From: Leucoraja ocellata
Taxonomy: Eukaryota
Assembly: GCA_036785375.1 (NCBI GenBank)
Contig: JAWMAR010000030.1
Span: 6,386,001-6,450,000, forward strand
Direction: 5' to 3'
DNA length: 64,000 bases
This document shows, one piece after another, positions 13,846-26,600 of the stretch. The first letter of the stretch is position 1; each line of letters starts with the position of its first letter. The notes beneath the pieces are model-generated. The model did no database searches, had not been told where the DNA came from, and was given only the letters and a program-made list of their open reading frames with translations. A program made the position numbers and the translations under genes.

Positions 13846-13982
13846 TCTTCTTCTTTCGTGTGGCGTGCACAGCCTAAAGTTGTTGGGCAACTTGTTCTAT
13901 TTGATCTTCCGTTTGTGCACATCGAGTTGATTGCATTAGTCGAAACAGGGCGGACCACGTGAAGGTTGCAATCTTTCACCCC
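13846..13982 (-). mobile_element. Short non-autonomous retroposon headed by an HDV-like ribozyme (copy 1)
   Basis: TSD ACAACCTTTACT (13834-13845) / ATAATCTTTACT (13983-13994); minus-strand tail CACACGAAAGAAGAAG; homologous to 55136-55270. Confidence 0.8.
13929..13982 (-). ncRNA. Minimal HDV-like ribozyme fold (copy 1)
   Basis: GGGGUGA-AA-GAUUGCA-ACC-UUCACGU-GGU-CCGCCCU-GUUUCGACUAA-UGCAAUC: P1 with G1-U wobble and one A-C mismatch; intact P2 and P3; L3 UUCACGU; catalytic-C motif CUAA. Confidence 0.75.
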
Positions 13983-14789
13983 ATAATCTTTACTGAAGCC
14001 AGTTAAACTGCAAACCTGTACATCTTTGGAGTGGGGAGAAAACCGGAGCTCCGGGGAAAACTCACATGGTCACGGGGAGAAGGTATAAACTCCGTACAGA
14101 CAGCACCCGTTCTCAGGTTTGAACCCGGGTCTTGGACATTGTAAGCCAGCAATACTGCTGTGTCACAGTGCCGCTCCGCTGCTCTACCGTGCCACTCCAA
14201 ATGTACGCACAATAAGCTCACATTTCAGGCCACATGAAAACCATCAGATAAACTATTTTAATGATGTTTATTGGGGAATAAATATTGGTCCAAGGCAGAA
14301 GGGGTGATGCCTAACTTTTTGATGTAGTGCTTTGAGAGAATTCGTAAGAGATAGGAAGAGGTCATTTGACCCTTCAATCCTGCTCTGTTATTCAATAGAT
14401 CAAGGCGCATCCTTCATCTTAGTGTTGCTGTCCTGAACTACCCCGGCTCTTGATTCCAATAATACCCAAACACTTATTGATTTTTGACCAGGCATGTCTT
14501 CATTGCAACCTCTGGAGTGCAGAACTCCATTAGTATTGCACTGGTGTGTCAGCTGGAACTTTGCTCATCTGTGAAAATACTTTTAAGTCTGTAATAACCC
14601 GCTGAGGCTGAAATGAGTATGTTTGCTGCTTTATCGTACATGACATCTGTACGTATCTGTGATATCATACTTATAGAATTTAATAAAATATATTTACCAT
14701 TGTGACAAATTATGGTCAGCCAGGTTGGTGAATCTATGCTTTTGAATTTATACATAACATAATTACTTGTTGCTTTTCTTCTTGTCCAG

Positions 14790-14876
14790 ACTGATGAGCT
14801 ACTTGGAGAGATCCAGATTTTGCAAGAGGAAATGAAAAGAAAAGATCAGATGATTGAATATTTACAACAACAACTG
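14790..14876 (+). CDS. CCSER2: CCSER2 internal coding exon (coiled coil), 87 nt, phase 0-0
   Basis: Polypyrimidine + CAG acceptor and GTGAGT donor; encodes TDELLGEIQILQEEMKRKDQMIEYLQQQL, similar to recalled human CCSER2 TEELLREIKQLKDEIKKKDEKIQLLELQL. Confidence 0.85.
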
Positions 14877-15266
14877 GTGAGTTTGTCACCGTAGAAATTA
14901 TTACCATATCCATCCATTAACTGCCATTAACAAAACAGTGTCAGCTAAATTTATGATTTACAAAAAATAATGTTGTTTGCCATTGGTGTTGTTGGATCCA
15001 TTCAAGTGATCATAGTGACTGGTTGATACTGACCATGGCACATACACACACTGTTTGTTTCCCTCTGCATTAGCTGCAATATAACTGTCAACGATGTATT
15101 TTACTGCAGGAGGATAACCTTGCCCATCATTAATACCATATTATTATTGCAGATAATAGTTTAAGAATATGACAACAGTAACCTTAAAAGATTGCAGGGT
15201 GTTATTTAATACGTGGGAAAATATCTTCTGCTTTTTAAAACATTAAAAATATATATTTTTGGGCAA

Positions 15267-15469
15267 GACACAAAATGCTGGAGTAACTCAGCGGGACAAG
15301 CAGCATTTCTGGCGAGAAGGAATGGGTGTCGTTTTGGCTCGAGACCCTTCTTCAGACTGAAGAAGGGTCTCGACCCGAAACGTCACCCATTCCTTCTCTA
15401 CTGTCCCGCTGAGTTACTCCAACATTTTATGTCTAACTTTGATTTAAACCAACATCAGTAGTTGTTTCC
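15267..15469. mobile_element. Palindromic Penelope pLTR insert (head-to-head arms)
   Basis: Inverted arms centred on CTTCAGACTGAAG (about 15356); 17-bp TSD TATATATTTT(T/G)GGGCAA at 15250-15266 and 15470-15486. Confidence 0.85.
15357..15386 (+). ncRNA. Hammerhead core motif within palindromic pLTR
   Basis: CTGAAGA-A-GGGTC-tc-GACCC-GAAA-CG-TC; the 5' strand of stem I is altered by the inversion junction. Confidence 0.55.
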
Positions 15470-15659
15470 TATATATTTTGGGGCAATGTAGGCTTGGAAT
15501 AAGCAGTCAAAAAGGAAGAAATGGTGGTGAACTGTCACCACTATGATATTTACCTATGGAATATTTGTGGGGTCTGGTACATATATTTGCTTCATTTCAC
15601 TGAGACCATTACAAAAGATCTGAGATCTCTGAAAGCAAAGCCAGATTTGTATATTCTAC

Positions 15660-16141
15660 AACTAATGCCCTGGAGATGAAAAGACTACAAAAAGTAGTAA
15701 ACACTGCCCAGTCCATCATCGGCTCTGACCTTCCTTCCATCGAGGGGATTTATCGCAGTCGCTGCCTTAAAAAGGCTGGCAGTATCATCAAAGACCCACA
15801 CCATCCTGGCCACATACTCATCTCCCTGCTACCTTCAGGTAGAAGGTACAGGAGTCTGAAGACTGCAACAACCAGGTTCAGGAATAGCTACTTCCCCACA
15901 GCCATCAGGCTATTAAACCTGGCTCGGACAAAACTATGATTATTAATAATTACTTTCTGTTATTTGCACCTTACCAGTTTATTTATTCATGTGTGTATAT
16001 ATTTATATCATGGTATATGGACACATTTATCTGTTTTGTAGTAAATGCCTACTATTTTCTGTGTGCTTAAGCAAAGCAAGAATTTCATAGTCCTATACAG
16101 GGACACATGACAATAAACTCACTTGAACTTGAACTTGAACT
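15660..16141 (+). mobile_element. Rex1/Babar-clade LINE 3' fragment
   Basis: ORF 15676-15939 LQKVVNTAQSIIG...IIKDPHHPGH.L.SLLPSGRRYRSLK..T.RFRNSYFP.AIRLLN; 3' UTR ends with AATAAA and (CTTGAA)3. Confidence 0.85.
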
Positions 16142-16221
16142 AAAGATTAGGTGAGAATGGTAGGAGTGAAAGAGAGCAATAACATGAGGACAGACAAAAG
16201 GAATTTGGCACAAATAACTGC

Positions 16222-16430
16222 AGAAGGACACAAAGTGCTGAAGTAATTCAGATGGTCCAGCAATATCTCTGGAGAACATGGATAGGTGATGTTTCAGGTC
16301 GAAACGCTTCTTCAGGCTCGATCTGAAACATCACCTATCCATGTTTTCCAGAAATGTAACCTGACCTGCTGAGTTACTCCAGCATTTTGTGTCTTTTTTG
16401 TAAACCAACATCTTCAATTACTTGTCTATC
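16222..16430. mobile_element. Degenerate palindromic Penelope pLTR insert
   Basis: Inverted arms GACACAAAGTGCTG...GGATAGGTGATGTTTCAG / CTGAAACATCACCTATCC...CAGCATTTTGTGTC. Confidence 0.75.
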
Positions 16431-17009
16431 ACATGGATCACCCCTTCAAGTTTACCTTGTGACACATTCCAATGAGATTAAGGCAACCAAAGCCGCCACT
16501 GCAAGTTGAAGAATAGCCAGGTTTGTAGTTAATCAGACTGTCTAAACTGTTAAGCAATTTACAAGTGATTGTAGGCTAAAATCATTCTCTGGATAATAGA
16601 TTCTATTGATTCCTTATCACCAGAGGTCGTAGATGAACTTGGATGAACATTTTTTAAACTTCCATGCAGAAATTTCCTTGTGTCATTATTTGTCATATTT
16701 CTATGTCAATAACCCACAAAGCTAAAGTGCAGATCAAATTGAATTGAATGGTACAGACGGCTTGAGGGACTTACTGGCCTAATCCTCTTGCTATGTTTAG
16801 TTCTGTGAATAACTCTTTCTTTGATCATTATTTTTTACAATGTAAGCCTTTCAAAAATAGACAGCATCTTTGATCTAGCTAAATTCATAATGCCACCTCA
16901 TTGATCCATTTTTCTTTTGGCAGTCCAACAAACAATACAAAAACAATTAATTAGACGAAGCAGAAATAAGTCATCTTTATACCTTACTTTTGTAACTTAC
17001 ATTATTACA

Positions 17010-17840
17010 TTTATGCCCTCACCTCAATGAATTCCATGCCTGCCATGAAGCATAGCTTTTCTTCCATTGCTTCCGCCTCCATGGGTATGTGTCCTCACAG
17101 CCTAGTGACAAACCCTTTTCCCATCTCCAACATTCTTCCTCCTCATGGACTCTCGCTGTTGTCCTATCCTCCCTGGACTTTTTTATTTCTAATTGCCTGC
17201 AAAACGTCAACCACCCTCACCCACTCCAAACTCGCCCTCTCGCCCGCTCACTTCTCAACAATTCCAACATTGTCATTAAACCCGTCGTCAAGGAAGAAGT
17301 CATAGTCTGGCAGGCTGACCTCTACCATGTGGAGACCAGGCACCAACCTTCGGACACCTCCTCAAACCTACCCCTTGACCATGACCTCAAAGTTGAACAC
17401 CAGGCCAACATCTCCAAGACTGTCTCTGATTTCATCAGCCCTGGCGATCTGCCCTTCACAGCCTCCAGCCTTATTGTTCCTCAGCTCTGCATTACATGCT
17501 TCTACTCCCCCACCCCCCCACCCCCCTCCAAAATCCACAAACAGAACTGCACGGCCTCCCCATTGTTTCATCCCCGCTCCCGACGGAACTCATCCCCACA
17601 TGCTATCCTATCCTCTATCCATTGATTCAACCTGCATCAAAGACACCTCAAATACCCTTCAACACTTTGATAACTTTCAGTTTCGAGGCCCGCAGTCACA
17701 TCTTTACCATGGATGTCCAGTCCCTCTACACCTCCATCCTCCACCAGGAAGGTATCAAGGCCCTCTGTTTCTTCCTTCCACCCATCCAATTTCCATCTGC
17801 TAACACTCTCCTTCACCTAGCAGAACTTATCCTCAGCATA
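17010..17840 (+). mobile_element. Penelope-like element RT fragment (frameshifted)
   Basis: Overlapping ORFs give IVIKP...PKIHKQN..PIVS...IKDT...IFTMDVQSLYTSI.HQEG, typical PLE RT motifs. Confidence 0.85.
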
Positions 17841-18039
17841 TCCTTTGCTCGACAGCTACTACAAGTCCAGGAGATCATTCCAGGTTTAGTGAGACTGCAG
17901 AATGGCGTACTTGGAATAGAATCAAACCAACCAAAAAATCATGAGGTGTCAGTCAAATGAAGCTGCAATTACAGGATTATGTTTATGCTAAACAGCTTTC
18001 AATAGTGATGTTGCACTCAATGAATTAGCTCAAAGATCT

Positions 18040-18760
18040 GGAGTCTGTCCACATTTAATCATGAATGGAGATGGGTTCTTCAACAACTGCCAGGAAGAGC
18101 GGTCTCCAAGCCCATCCTCACCGGTGGTGATGCCCAGCATGCGAGTGCAAAAGACAAAACTGATAAGCAGTATGCATTTACGCTACAGAGGTCGGAGATG
18201 TTTACCATTGCCAACAAGAAACATTGACACCAACATTTGATATGCAGCGATGTTGTCATCATTGAGTCCCCCACCAACAATATCCCCGGGGCCACCCTTG
18301 ACCAACCACATAAATATCATTACTGCAAGAGCAAGTCAGAGGCTTAATATCTTTGTGCAAGTGATTCATCTCCTCAGGCCGTAAGACCATTCCATATTCT
18401 ATAAGACACAAGAGGGAAGGATGATGGACTGCTCCTTCAGTTGCTTAGGTCAATCAAATGCCAATTCTCAAAGAAGTTTCATATCATCCATGATAAATCA
18501 GCTAGCTTGAATATACCTCATCAACTACCACAAGCATTCATTCCTTTTACCATCCTTAGTGCGCAGTCAGCAATGGGTCCAAACTGCAGTTGCTCAACCA
18601 GGCTACATGAAAAGCGCATCCCAAACCCATGATCTCTCCCACCAAGAAGGGAAAAGCCAACATATGCAGGGGACATCATCATCTGCTGGTTCGACTTCAA
18701 AACCTGCTTTTGTTCCAAAATCCATTCATTTGGTCACTCAGTCTCTGAATTGAATCGAGG
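18040..18760 (+). mobile_element. Ancient LINE remnant, clade uncertain; related segment at about 47990-48580
   Basis: Weak similarity between the two regions and to RT C-terminal coding patterns; no open frame. Confidence 0.35.
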
Positions 18761-19757
18761 TGTAAAGATTTAATGATACTCTCTCTATCTACTGATCATT
18801 GCTGTATCTACCATAACCAGACAGGTCCATAACATAATTGAAAAAAATAAAATGATGAATTGAAAATAAGACGCCTTTCAAGAAAAGAACAAAAAAAATG
18901 TGCATGAAATGAATCTCCTAAATTGCTTTGAGAGAAGGAGAGATTACCAGCATTTGTAACTTATCCCGCAGTTTGACTAAAACAAGTCAATTACAGGAAA
19001 TGTCTTCTTTTAAGAAGGCTATAATTTTTAAATCAATTCCTTGTTATGTTCACTGGAGATGAAATAGTTGACTGCAGTTTTCTTTCTCAAAGCGTTGATT
19101 AAAGTAACCGGAAAGATGACAATCACTTAGGTTACGAAGCCAGTAACTCTAAATGAATTGGGGGTTATAAATGCACATTAGTAAAAGTGGCTTCAGTCAT
19201 TTGACAGGATGTCAAGGATCTAAATCAAAAAAACGTTATCAGATTATCAATGGATCATTTGAGATCTGCATATCCGTCAAATTAACATTCATGCTAATAT
19301 AATTTAACAGGTCCTACTAATGCAATTAGATGACCTAAGTGAGCTCTAACTAAATGAGTCTGCAGAACCAGTGTCTATCTTCATTTAAGCTATGGAGTTG
19401 GATTTTGGAGATCATCTGCTTTCATTAACTGCAATGGAAAATCATGTTCATTTCAGGGTACACAGAAAGCCGATTTCAAGCATTTTTGACTGATTCCCAA
19501 ATCTATGTTTGGCTGCAGAGGCTCCAAGCTGGACATTTTCTTAATTCGAATGAACATTTATCGAAAGCTTTGTTTAATTCAACAGTTTTGCCTTCTGTGT
19601 ACTATCAAAGATCCAAAATTGCCACATTTAAATTTTAGGAAATTCCAAATGTTTTTTGAATAGTTGGTGTAGAGTTCTTTCCAAGAGTTAGTTTTGATAA
19701 ATGTTTGGACTGTGGGGTAGGCACATGTGAGATCTTGGAATTCTCAAATTTGTGTTC

Positions 19758-20623
19758 ATAAATAATAATAATAATAATAATAATATTTATTTATATAGCA
19801 CTTTTCAACAAAACCAGTATTTGAACCAAAGTGCTTTACAGAGATTGATTAAATTAATTGAACAGATCAATGCAATAAATCCATACAAATCAAAAAAAGA
19901 GAAAAAAGAGAAAAAGAAAAAAGACACAGAAACAGTACACTATAGAAATCAACATGAAACGTCCCCCCACAGCAGAATTCACTGTGAGGGAAGGCACCAA
20001 AAATATCCAGTTCTCCCCCTCATAGTCCACCCGAGGTCGGGGCCTATATCTGGCCTCCTCAGCCAGCCCGGTATCTTCAGGCCCTCCTGCCGTGAAGCTG
20101 GACCATCGGCGTCGGTGAACGTCCATCAGCGGCCAGGACTGAAGCGGCCGCTTCCCCCGAAGACTGCAACGACCAAAGTTCACAGGCCGCGCCGGCCGAA
20201 CCCCCGACACTGGCGATCTCGGATCCCAGGCTCCGCGGTGCCGTCAACGGTCACAGTGCCCCGGAGATTACCGCAAGGCGACCCGGTAAGGCATCGCCCG
20301 CTCCTTGTAGATGTCCCAGCATCTACACCGCCGTCGAAGCTGCAGTCCCCGCAGGAAACGCCGCTCAGCGCTGCTCCAGTTCGACTAGGCCGCACAGAGA
20401 GGACGAAGATGCGGTTCGGAGAAAAACCGCATCTCCGACCAGGTAGGACTGGGGTTAAAAATAATTTCCCCCTTCCCCTCCCCCACCCACCACATAAAAT
20501 AAGACCTCCAATAAACACCTGATATGAACAGGACTAAAAATAAAAATAAATAAGGGTGAAAGGACGGACAGCAGGAGGAGCGGCCATACACAACGGCGCA
20601 TCACCCCCGCTGTCCGCCATCTT
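19758..20623 (-). mobile_element. CpG-rich non-autonomous LINE-derived retroposon
   Basis: Minus strand starts AAGATGGCGG (YY1-type LINE 5' motif) and ends AAAGTGCTATATAAATAAA(TAT)n (L2-type tail); no RT ORF. Confidence 0.65.
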
Positions 20624-21387
20624 AAATGTGATATTATTATTTAAAGCGATTTACACATTACTCGAAGCAAATATTTAATTATTGCATTAAAATATTTGTC
20701 ATGTAACCAACAATGTACATTTAGAAAGTATCCTTATTATGTTAAGTTTAACAACTTAATGAGAGTATGTTTTTGAATATGCTTCAGTTTCAATCTGAAA
20801 ACTAAAAGTAAAATTCTTAAAAATACATAATTCAGCCCTGTTTAAACTATTATTTGCTTGGCCTATGCTGGCTGAGCATTAGTGCAACCAAGATGGAAAG
20901 TGAATGGTATTAATGTCAAATGCCAGAGGCTGGGTTGGAGAGCAGCTCTTTTTCTGCCTCAGTTGAGGGTTCTGTGTCGTGCTACAGGTGCCACCTCTGG
21001 GACTTTGGTTACAGCCCACTCAGACTGTGAATGAAGCTCTTCTGCTACTGGAATAGAACTATGTGGTACCGTGTCACGATATTGTTAATTCCACAGGCTT
21101 AGACATAAATGAAACAAAGAGAATAAATGACAGTCCTTTGACTGCTGGACTTAAATCAAAGAATATAGGTATCTCAGGTATGTTACTAATAGGATGCATT
21201 GTACAAAGTTAGTGCTCCGGGCACTTGAAGGAAAATCCTAATTGATATCAATTGATCTTTTTGTTCAGATATTTATTGATTAGTTTGACATGACACCAAT
21301 TCCTCTGTCATAAGCGGAACTATTAGTGATTTAAAGGATGAGTGCATGGTGTCTCTTGATATTTTTGAAAAAGAATCAGCTTAACCT

Positions 21388-21547
21388 TAAGGTAGACAAA
21401 AATGCTGGAGAAACTCAGCGGGTGAGGCAGCATCTATGGAGCAAAGGAAATATTTCCTTCGCTCCATAGATGCTGTCTCACTCGCTGAATTTCTCCAGCA
21501 TTTTTGTCTACCTTCGATTTTCCAGCATCTGCAGTTCCTTCTTCTAG
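21388..21547. mobile_element. Palindromic pLTR insert lacking the hammerhead core
   Basis: Arms centred on GGAAATATTTCC; TSD CAGCTTAACCT at 21377-21387 and 21548-21558. Confidence 0.85.
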
Positions 21548-23138
21548 CAGCTTAACCTAGTTGTTATGAAGTTTGACTCCAACAAAGGCTATGGTTGGCT
21601 CCTGTTGATAGTGAAAAGGGAGACAGTTGAGAGAATGATTAATTTATTTAAAACAAAAAGCCTCCAAACAATTGTCTTCAATCCTGTAATACAGTGTATT
21701 TACTGAAGATTGGCGAGTTGAAATAAAATGGTGTTTGATGAATTGCATGTTTCAAAGCCTGTTGTGTATTAACATTTTAAAGGGTTAATGGGCGTTTGTG
21801 TAGCATTTGATGTGTAAGCAGATATTTGTCAGCTTCCTTTCATCAAATTGTATCATACCCGCATACAAATTATAGGCGTACCATGTGCCAGCAGGGAGTA
21901 TTTAGATTCCTTCAAGGGGAACTCATCCTCGAATTTGCACAAACACTTAAAAATTAATTTGAGGGTGGCGCATGATGAGAATTATTGCATCCTTCTTCAT
22001 TCCATGTTTTCTTGGCCAGCTCAGAGGCACCTCAGCAGCTAATGAGAAGTTGGGATGGATACCAAGTTTCCTCCACCTGCAGGCTTATTACATTTAATTT
22101 CGATAAATTGTGCAGTTGTTGTTGCTCCCAGCAGCAGAATCTAACCAATGTTTATTTCCATGCTGTGAAATATTTCACTGTTATGCATTCAATTAAAAGA
22201 CTAGCAGAAAAATAATGGCTCTGAAAAGATACAGTAATTTTGGTCACACTCTCCAGGCAGTTGCTTTATTGAAAATGGAAAAGTACCTCTTGGAATTGTT
22301 ATTTTTAATATATAAGTAGATAGCATTTTCAAACTAATAAATGATTGCCAGTTATATATAATAAACACATCTCTTTTGGTAACATTGATCCCAGCTTCTT
22401 ATTAATTTCTTCATTCCTTTTCTATCCAGAATGTTTCTGATTACCTTGCACCATTTGAGCCATTTACTTTAAACTTCCTCTTCTGCTTTATTCCATAGCC
22501 TGATAACCTAGCATTCCATATTCTATGATATAATGTGGTTAGTTAAAATTAGTTGCACTTTTCACTTTCCACTTACTCTTTCTGCTCCTTCCACATTCCA
22601 TTCCCACTCCCGTTCTTACTCCATTTCCTCTCTACCTCCCCCAACCATCAAAGCAGGCACTGTCCTCCACTTTAAGCCCCCCTCCGCTATATACTCTCTT
22701 GCACGCTTGCTCACTCTCCCTTATTCACTAAAAACAGTTCTCCAAAATCCATCCAGTTACTAAAAGTTACTGTATATCACCCAAGTGAAGAATATCAAAT
22801 TCTGTAATGGGTCGATATCGTTAAGCACATCTATTGGAAGGTTTTGAAGCATAATGGTAATCAACACACATCACGCTGCGATGCTCAAGCATTCACAAAT
22901 TGTACCTAGTGGAATAGTCAATAGTCAGATATAATACTTCTTCATTATAAGAAATACCATTGTACCATTTGCAAATAGATAACCAGTGAAACGTTAGCAG
23001 TTACACCATGAGCACTTAGATTCTGATGTCTTAAAAGTGCACAAAAATTCAACAGTTCTGTTTGAAAAATACATATATAATTATAGCCATATCCAGTCAA
23101 GTCAGCCAGCATTGTCTGAAGAGAAGAATTAATGTGCA

Positions 23139-23247
23139 GTAAGGAACTTCAGATGCTGGTTTAAACCAAAGATAGACACAAATTGCTGGAATAACTCAGT
23201 GGGATAGGCAGCATCTCTGGAGAGAAGGAATGGGTGACGTTTCGGGT
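23139..23247 (-). mobile_element. Penelope pLTR fragment
   Basis: Matches the other copies up to GGTGACGTTTCGGG; truncated inside the hammerhead. Confidence 0.75.
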
Positions 23248-23332
23248 GGTTCACCTCAAGCATGTTTAATTGTCATATGTACCGAAACAGAACAATGAAA
23301 TTCTTAATTACAGCAGCACAGCAGCACTCAAT

Positions 23333-23620
23333 AGATTTAGTTTGTGCTTATCATTTTGGAGATACAATGCAGAAACAGACCTTAGGCCTACCGAGTCCGA
23401 CCAGCGATCACCCTTTGCACTAAAACTATCTGTCGCACTAGAGATAATTTTACATTTTTTTTTAACCACACCCATTAACCTACAAAACTGTATGGGAGGA
23501 AACTGCAGCACCTCAGGAAAACCTACATGGTCACAAGGAGAATGTACAAACTCCATACAGACCACGCCCATAGTCAGGATCGAACCAGGGTCTCGGTACC
23601 AGTGAGGCAGAAACTCTATC
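23333..23620 (-). mobile_element. V-SINE-like element
   Basis: Reverse complement of B-box (AGGATCGAACC), V-domain and tail. Confidence 0.75.
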
Positions 23621-26600
23621 AGGAAATTTGAAATAAAAACAAAATGCTGAAATGTTGAAGTTGAAACTTCCCAGTTCAAATATGACCAGTTTGAGTTGAA
23701 TTGGATGAGAGCTATCCATTAGACACAATTAATGTCAAGCAAGAGAAACGCTACCTACCTCCAACCACTTACAGCTGAAGAGGCTTTCATTTTTGAAGAA
23801 ATGGGGCACTCTGCAGTTGAATATGGACGCAATGACCTAGTTTTATGTGACCCCTAATTTTGTTTAAATTGTTGTGTTCTAGAAAATGCATAGCATTGAT
23901 AGATGAAAATTGCTTCTATTTTTTGGAGCTATTCTTGAACATCTGATCATTTCCTTGGTTATTGTTAGAGGTAAAATGTGGAACTAATGCTATTGCAAAC
24001 AGCTGTAAGTGAGCCGCAGTAGTTTTGGACCCTTTAATAAGATACTTTGCACTGGGAAATAGCATGCTTCCAATCATTGAGATTCTACTATACCGTGCAT
24101 TTACAGTATTTTTCTATGCGGATTTAAACTATAGCGTTGAGGCTTGAGCATATAATCTCTGCTGGTATTTTGAGCAATGCTGAAGAATTGTTGGACAACT
24201 GAGGGCTCCACATAGGATGAGATGTTGAACACTGAGCCCTTGTGGCCTGCATTTCTTTTTTATCTCTTTACATTTGAATAAAGAGAGCTGACAATAGGAA
24301 TAAAGTGTTTGTTTTCAAGCAAGCAGACTGTAAGCATTGCTGAAATTCATACTGAGCTCCAAGCTATTTGCTATTTTACTAATACATTTTTCACCCATTT
24401 TATACCAACCTTTACAAGTCCATGAGGTACAGGAAATAAAGTGTCAGCATCTCCTACAGTGCAGCAATCCCTCGGCATTGCACAACATTGTTTCTCAAAT
24501 TTTTACATTTGATTTAAATCCATTTCAGAAGAGAATGTACCGACTCTGTACAGTATACAGTTATCTAGGAAACTACTTGTTAGTATAGTGAAGAGTAGAA
24601 TAACAGAAAGTTTCCAAGTGGATACATTGGAATAGATAGACACAACCCATTTGAAATTGAGTGCAGAAACATATGAAGTGGAAGGAGTGAGAAGATACAA
24701 TTTGGATCAAGGGTACAAATAACGAGTATTTGCAAGAGCAGAAAGATGCCAGCATTTTTGTTCATCAGGGCAGGTTAACTGACCAATCTTTTGAGAAAAT
24801 GGGACCTGGATTATTCCAATTGTGTATGAGAAGGAGATGGTGGTGAGGCACCTTGTTGAACCAGTACAGTCTTCTCCGATGGGGTTGTTTGTCCATGAGG
24901 CTTGTGCAGCAGAGACTAGTTTCTGATTATTTGGACCTTGTCATTTGTCTAAGAACGCCCTCTATCATGGCCATGTGGTAGCTTGTGAGTCACATCAACC
25001 CGACAATTAAAGAGGACATGTTCAGGCAACCGCTACTCAACCTTGACCCCAAGTGACTGCTTGAAGAGAAGACACATAACATTGACAAGCAAGAGGAATA
25101 AAAGCTATTGTGGATCGTATTTTGCTCTAATTCCACTATCGCGGGTAAAGCAGAGTGTCCTTGATCCTGGTATTTGAAATCCTAACTGTGGTGCAACAAG
25201 AGCAGTTCTTTCTTATTCAACTGTGATTAATTGCAGTTGTTCAATCTGAAGAGTTCTCCTCTTGTAAACACAATGGATGCAGTGAATCCTTGCCATGCTC
25301 ACAGCACTTAAATACATAGAGACAGAAACATGATCACAATTTGTTTCATCACTTAACTTCTCCCATAAATAAAATCAGATATAAAGCTTTGGTTTCAAAG
25401 ATGAATATACCCCCCATCATCATAGTGTTAATGATCTTCCAATGTTTATTAAAAGAGGATTGAAAGATATTGATCTGAGATACAGATTTATTATTTGAAT
25501 GAGAATTATGTCAGTGACTTTGAAATTAACTTAGATTCATACCAACAGCACATTTTAGGTCCTGATTTATGAAAAAGGATCTATTGATGTATAACCTATC
25601 AAAATGTTCATGGTTGTATTCATATATTGTAAATTGGGAATATGCCATTTTATCAATTTAGTTTTGCAGACTATTTGACGAGTGCCAAGGTTTTGGCAGC
25701 CTTGCCCAATTCAGTCTTTTAAAAGCTTAATTCTTTGATATTCATGTGATCTAATATTTGCCCCACAGCAGACAGCACTTATGGAATCTCAAGCATTTTA
25801 ACAGATACGTGTATAAGGCTACACAACTTTTAGCCTGAATAATTAATCAGAAATCCATTTGCCAACTATCAGAAACCAAAATGTCTATAGCAAATTTCTG
25901 TGCCTTTGTTTACTCTCCCAGAAATCTGAACAGAAAATGTACATTGTTTTTAAATGGAAACATTAGATGCTTGAATTTCCTTTATCTCTCTGAGATATTT
26001 AGCCAAACCCTCAAACGTTCATGTATGTGGTAGCACTGAGGCATACAAGCTGTTTGAACTTTTGCAGGTAATACATGGAATAGGTTATGTACTGAAACAT
26101 TTTAGCAGAGTGAAGCTTAAAATCATCTGAAATTTCTGAAGTTTCTTTGTGATATTGTTTTCAGCCATCTTGCTGAGATTTACACCACATGTTGCTGCAT
26201 TTATGCATCCTGGTAAATTTGAAATTGTCAAATATCCAGGACCCTCCACAAATCACTCCTCATTGGGTTTTACGAGTGAGTAAGAACAACTGGAATGACC
26301 GTCATTGAGAATTCCCCTGCTGTGTATTATTGAGAGAGGAGGAGGTGGTACCAAATTTGCATGACTCGGGTGCATCGGAAAGGAGCGAATTCACTAGCTC
26401 AGCAACATGGGCTTGAACATTCTTCCTATCTGCTTACGTCCCAACAAACACATTTACTTCTCAAAAAATAGAATTTATGATGAGCTTTATAATCTGAAAA
26501 TGGTCACTCTGGTCACCATTTAGATCTTGATTAGTGTTTTAATTATATTTTTTAAAATTGATGTAGAATAAACTGGATATTGTTGAGTGTTCACTTCCTC

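Larger units (their letters stand above)
13725..14194 (-). mobile_element. V-SINE-like element interrupted by an insertion
   Basis: Reverse complement of tRNA head, V-domain and (CTAAA)n-like tail; split at 13846-13982. Confidence 0.8.

Noticed and set aside
19752-20522. 256-aa ORF, the longest in the window
   Set aside because: Begins in an (AAT)n microsatellite, runs antisense through a GC-rich repeat and has no recognisable domain.
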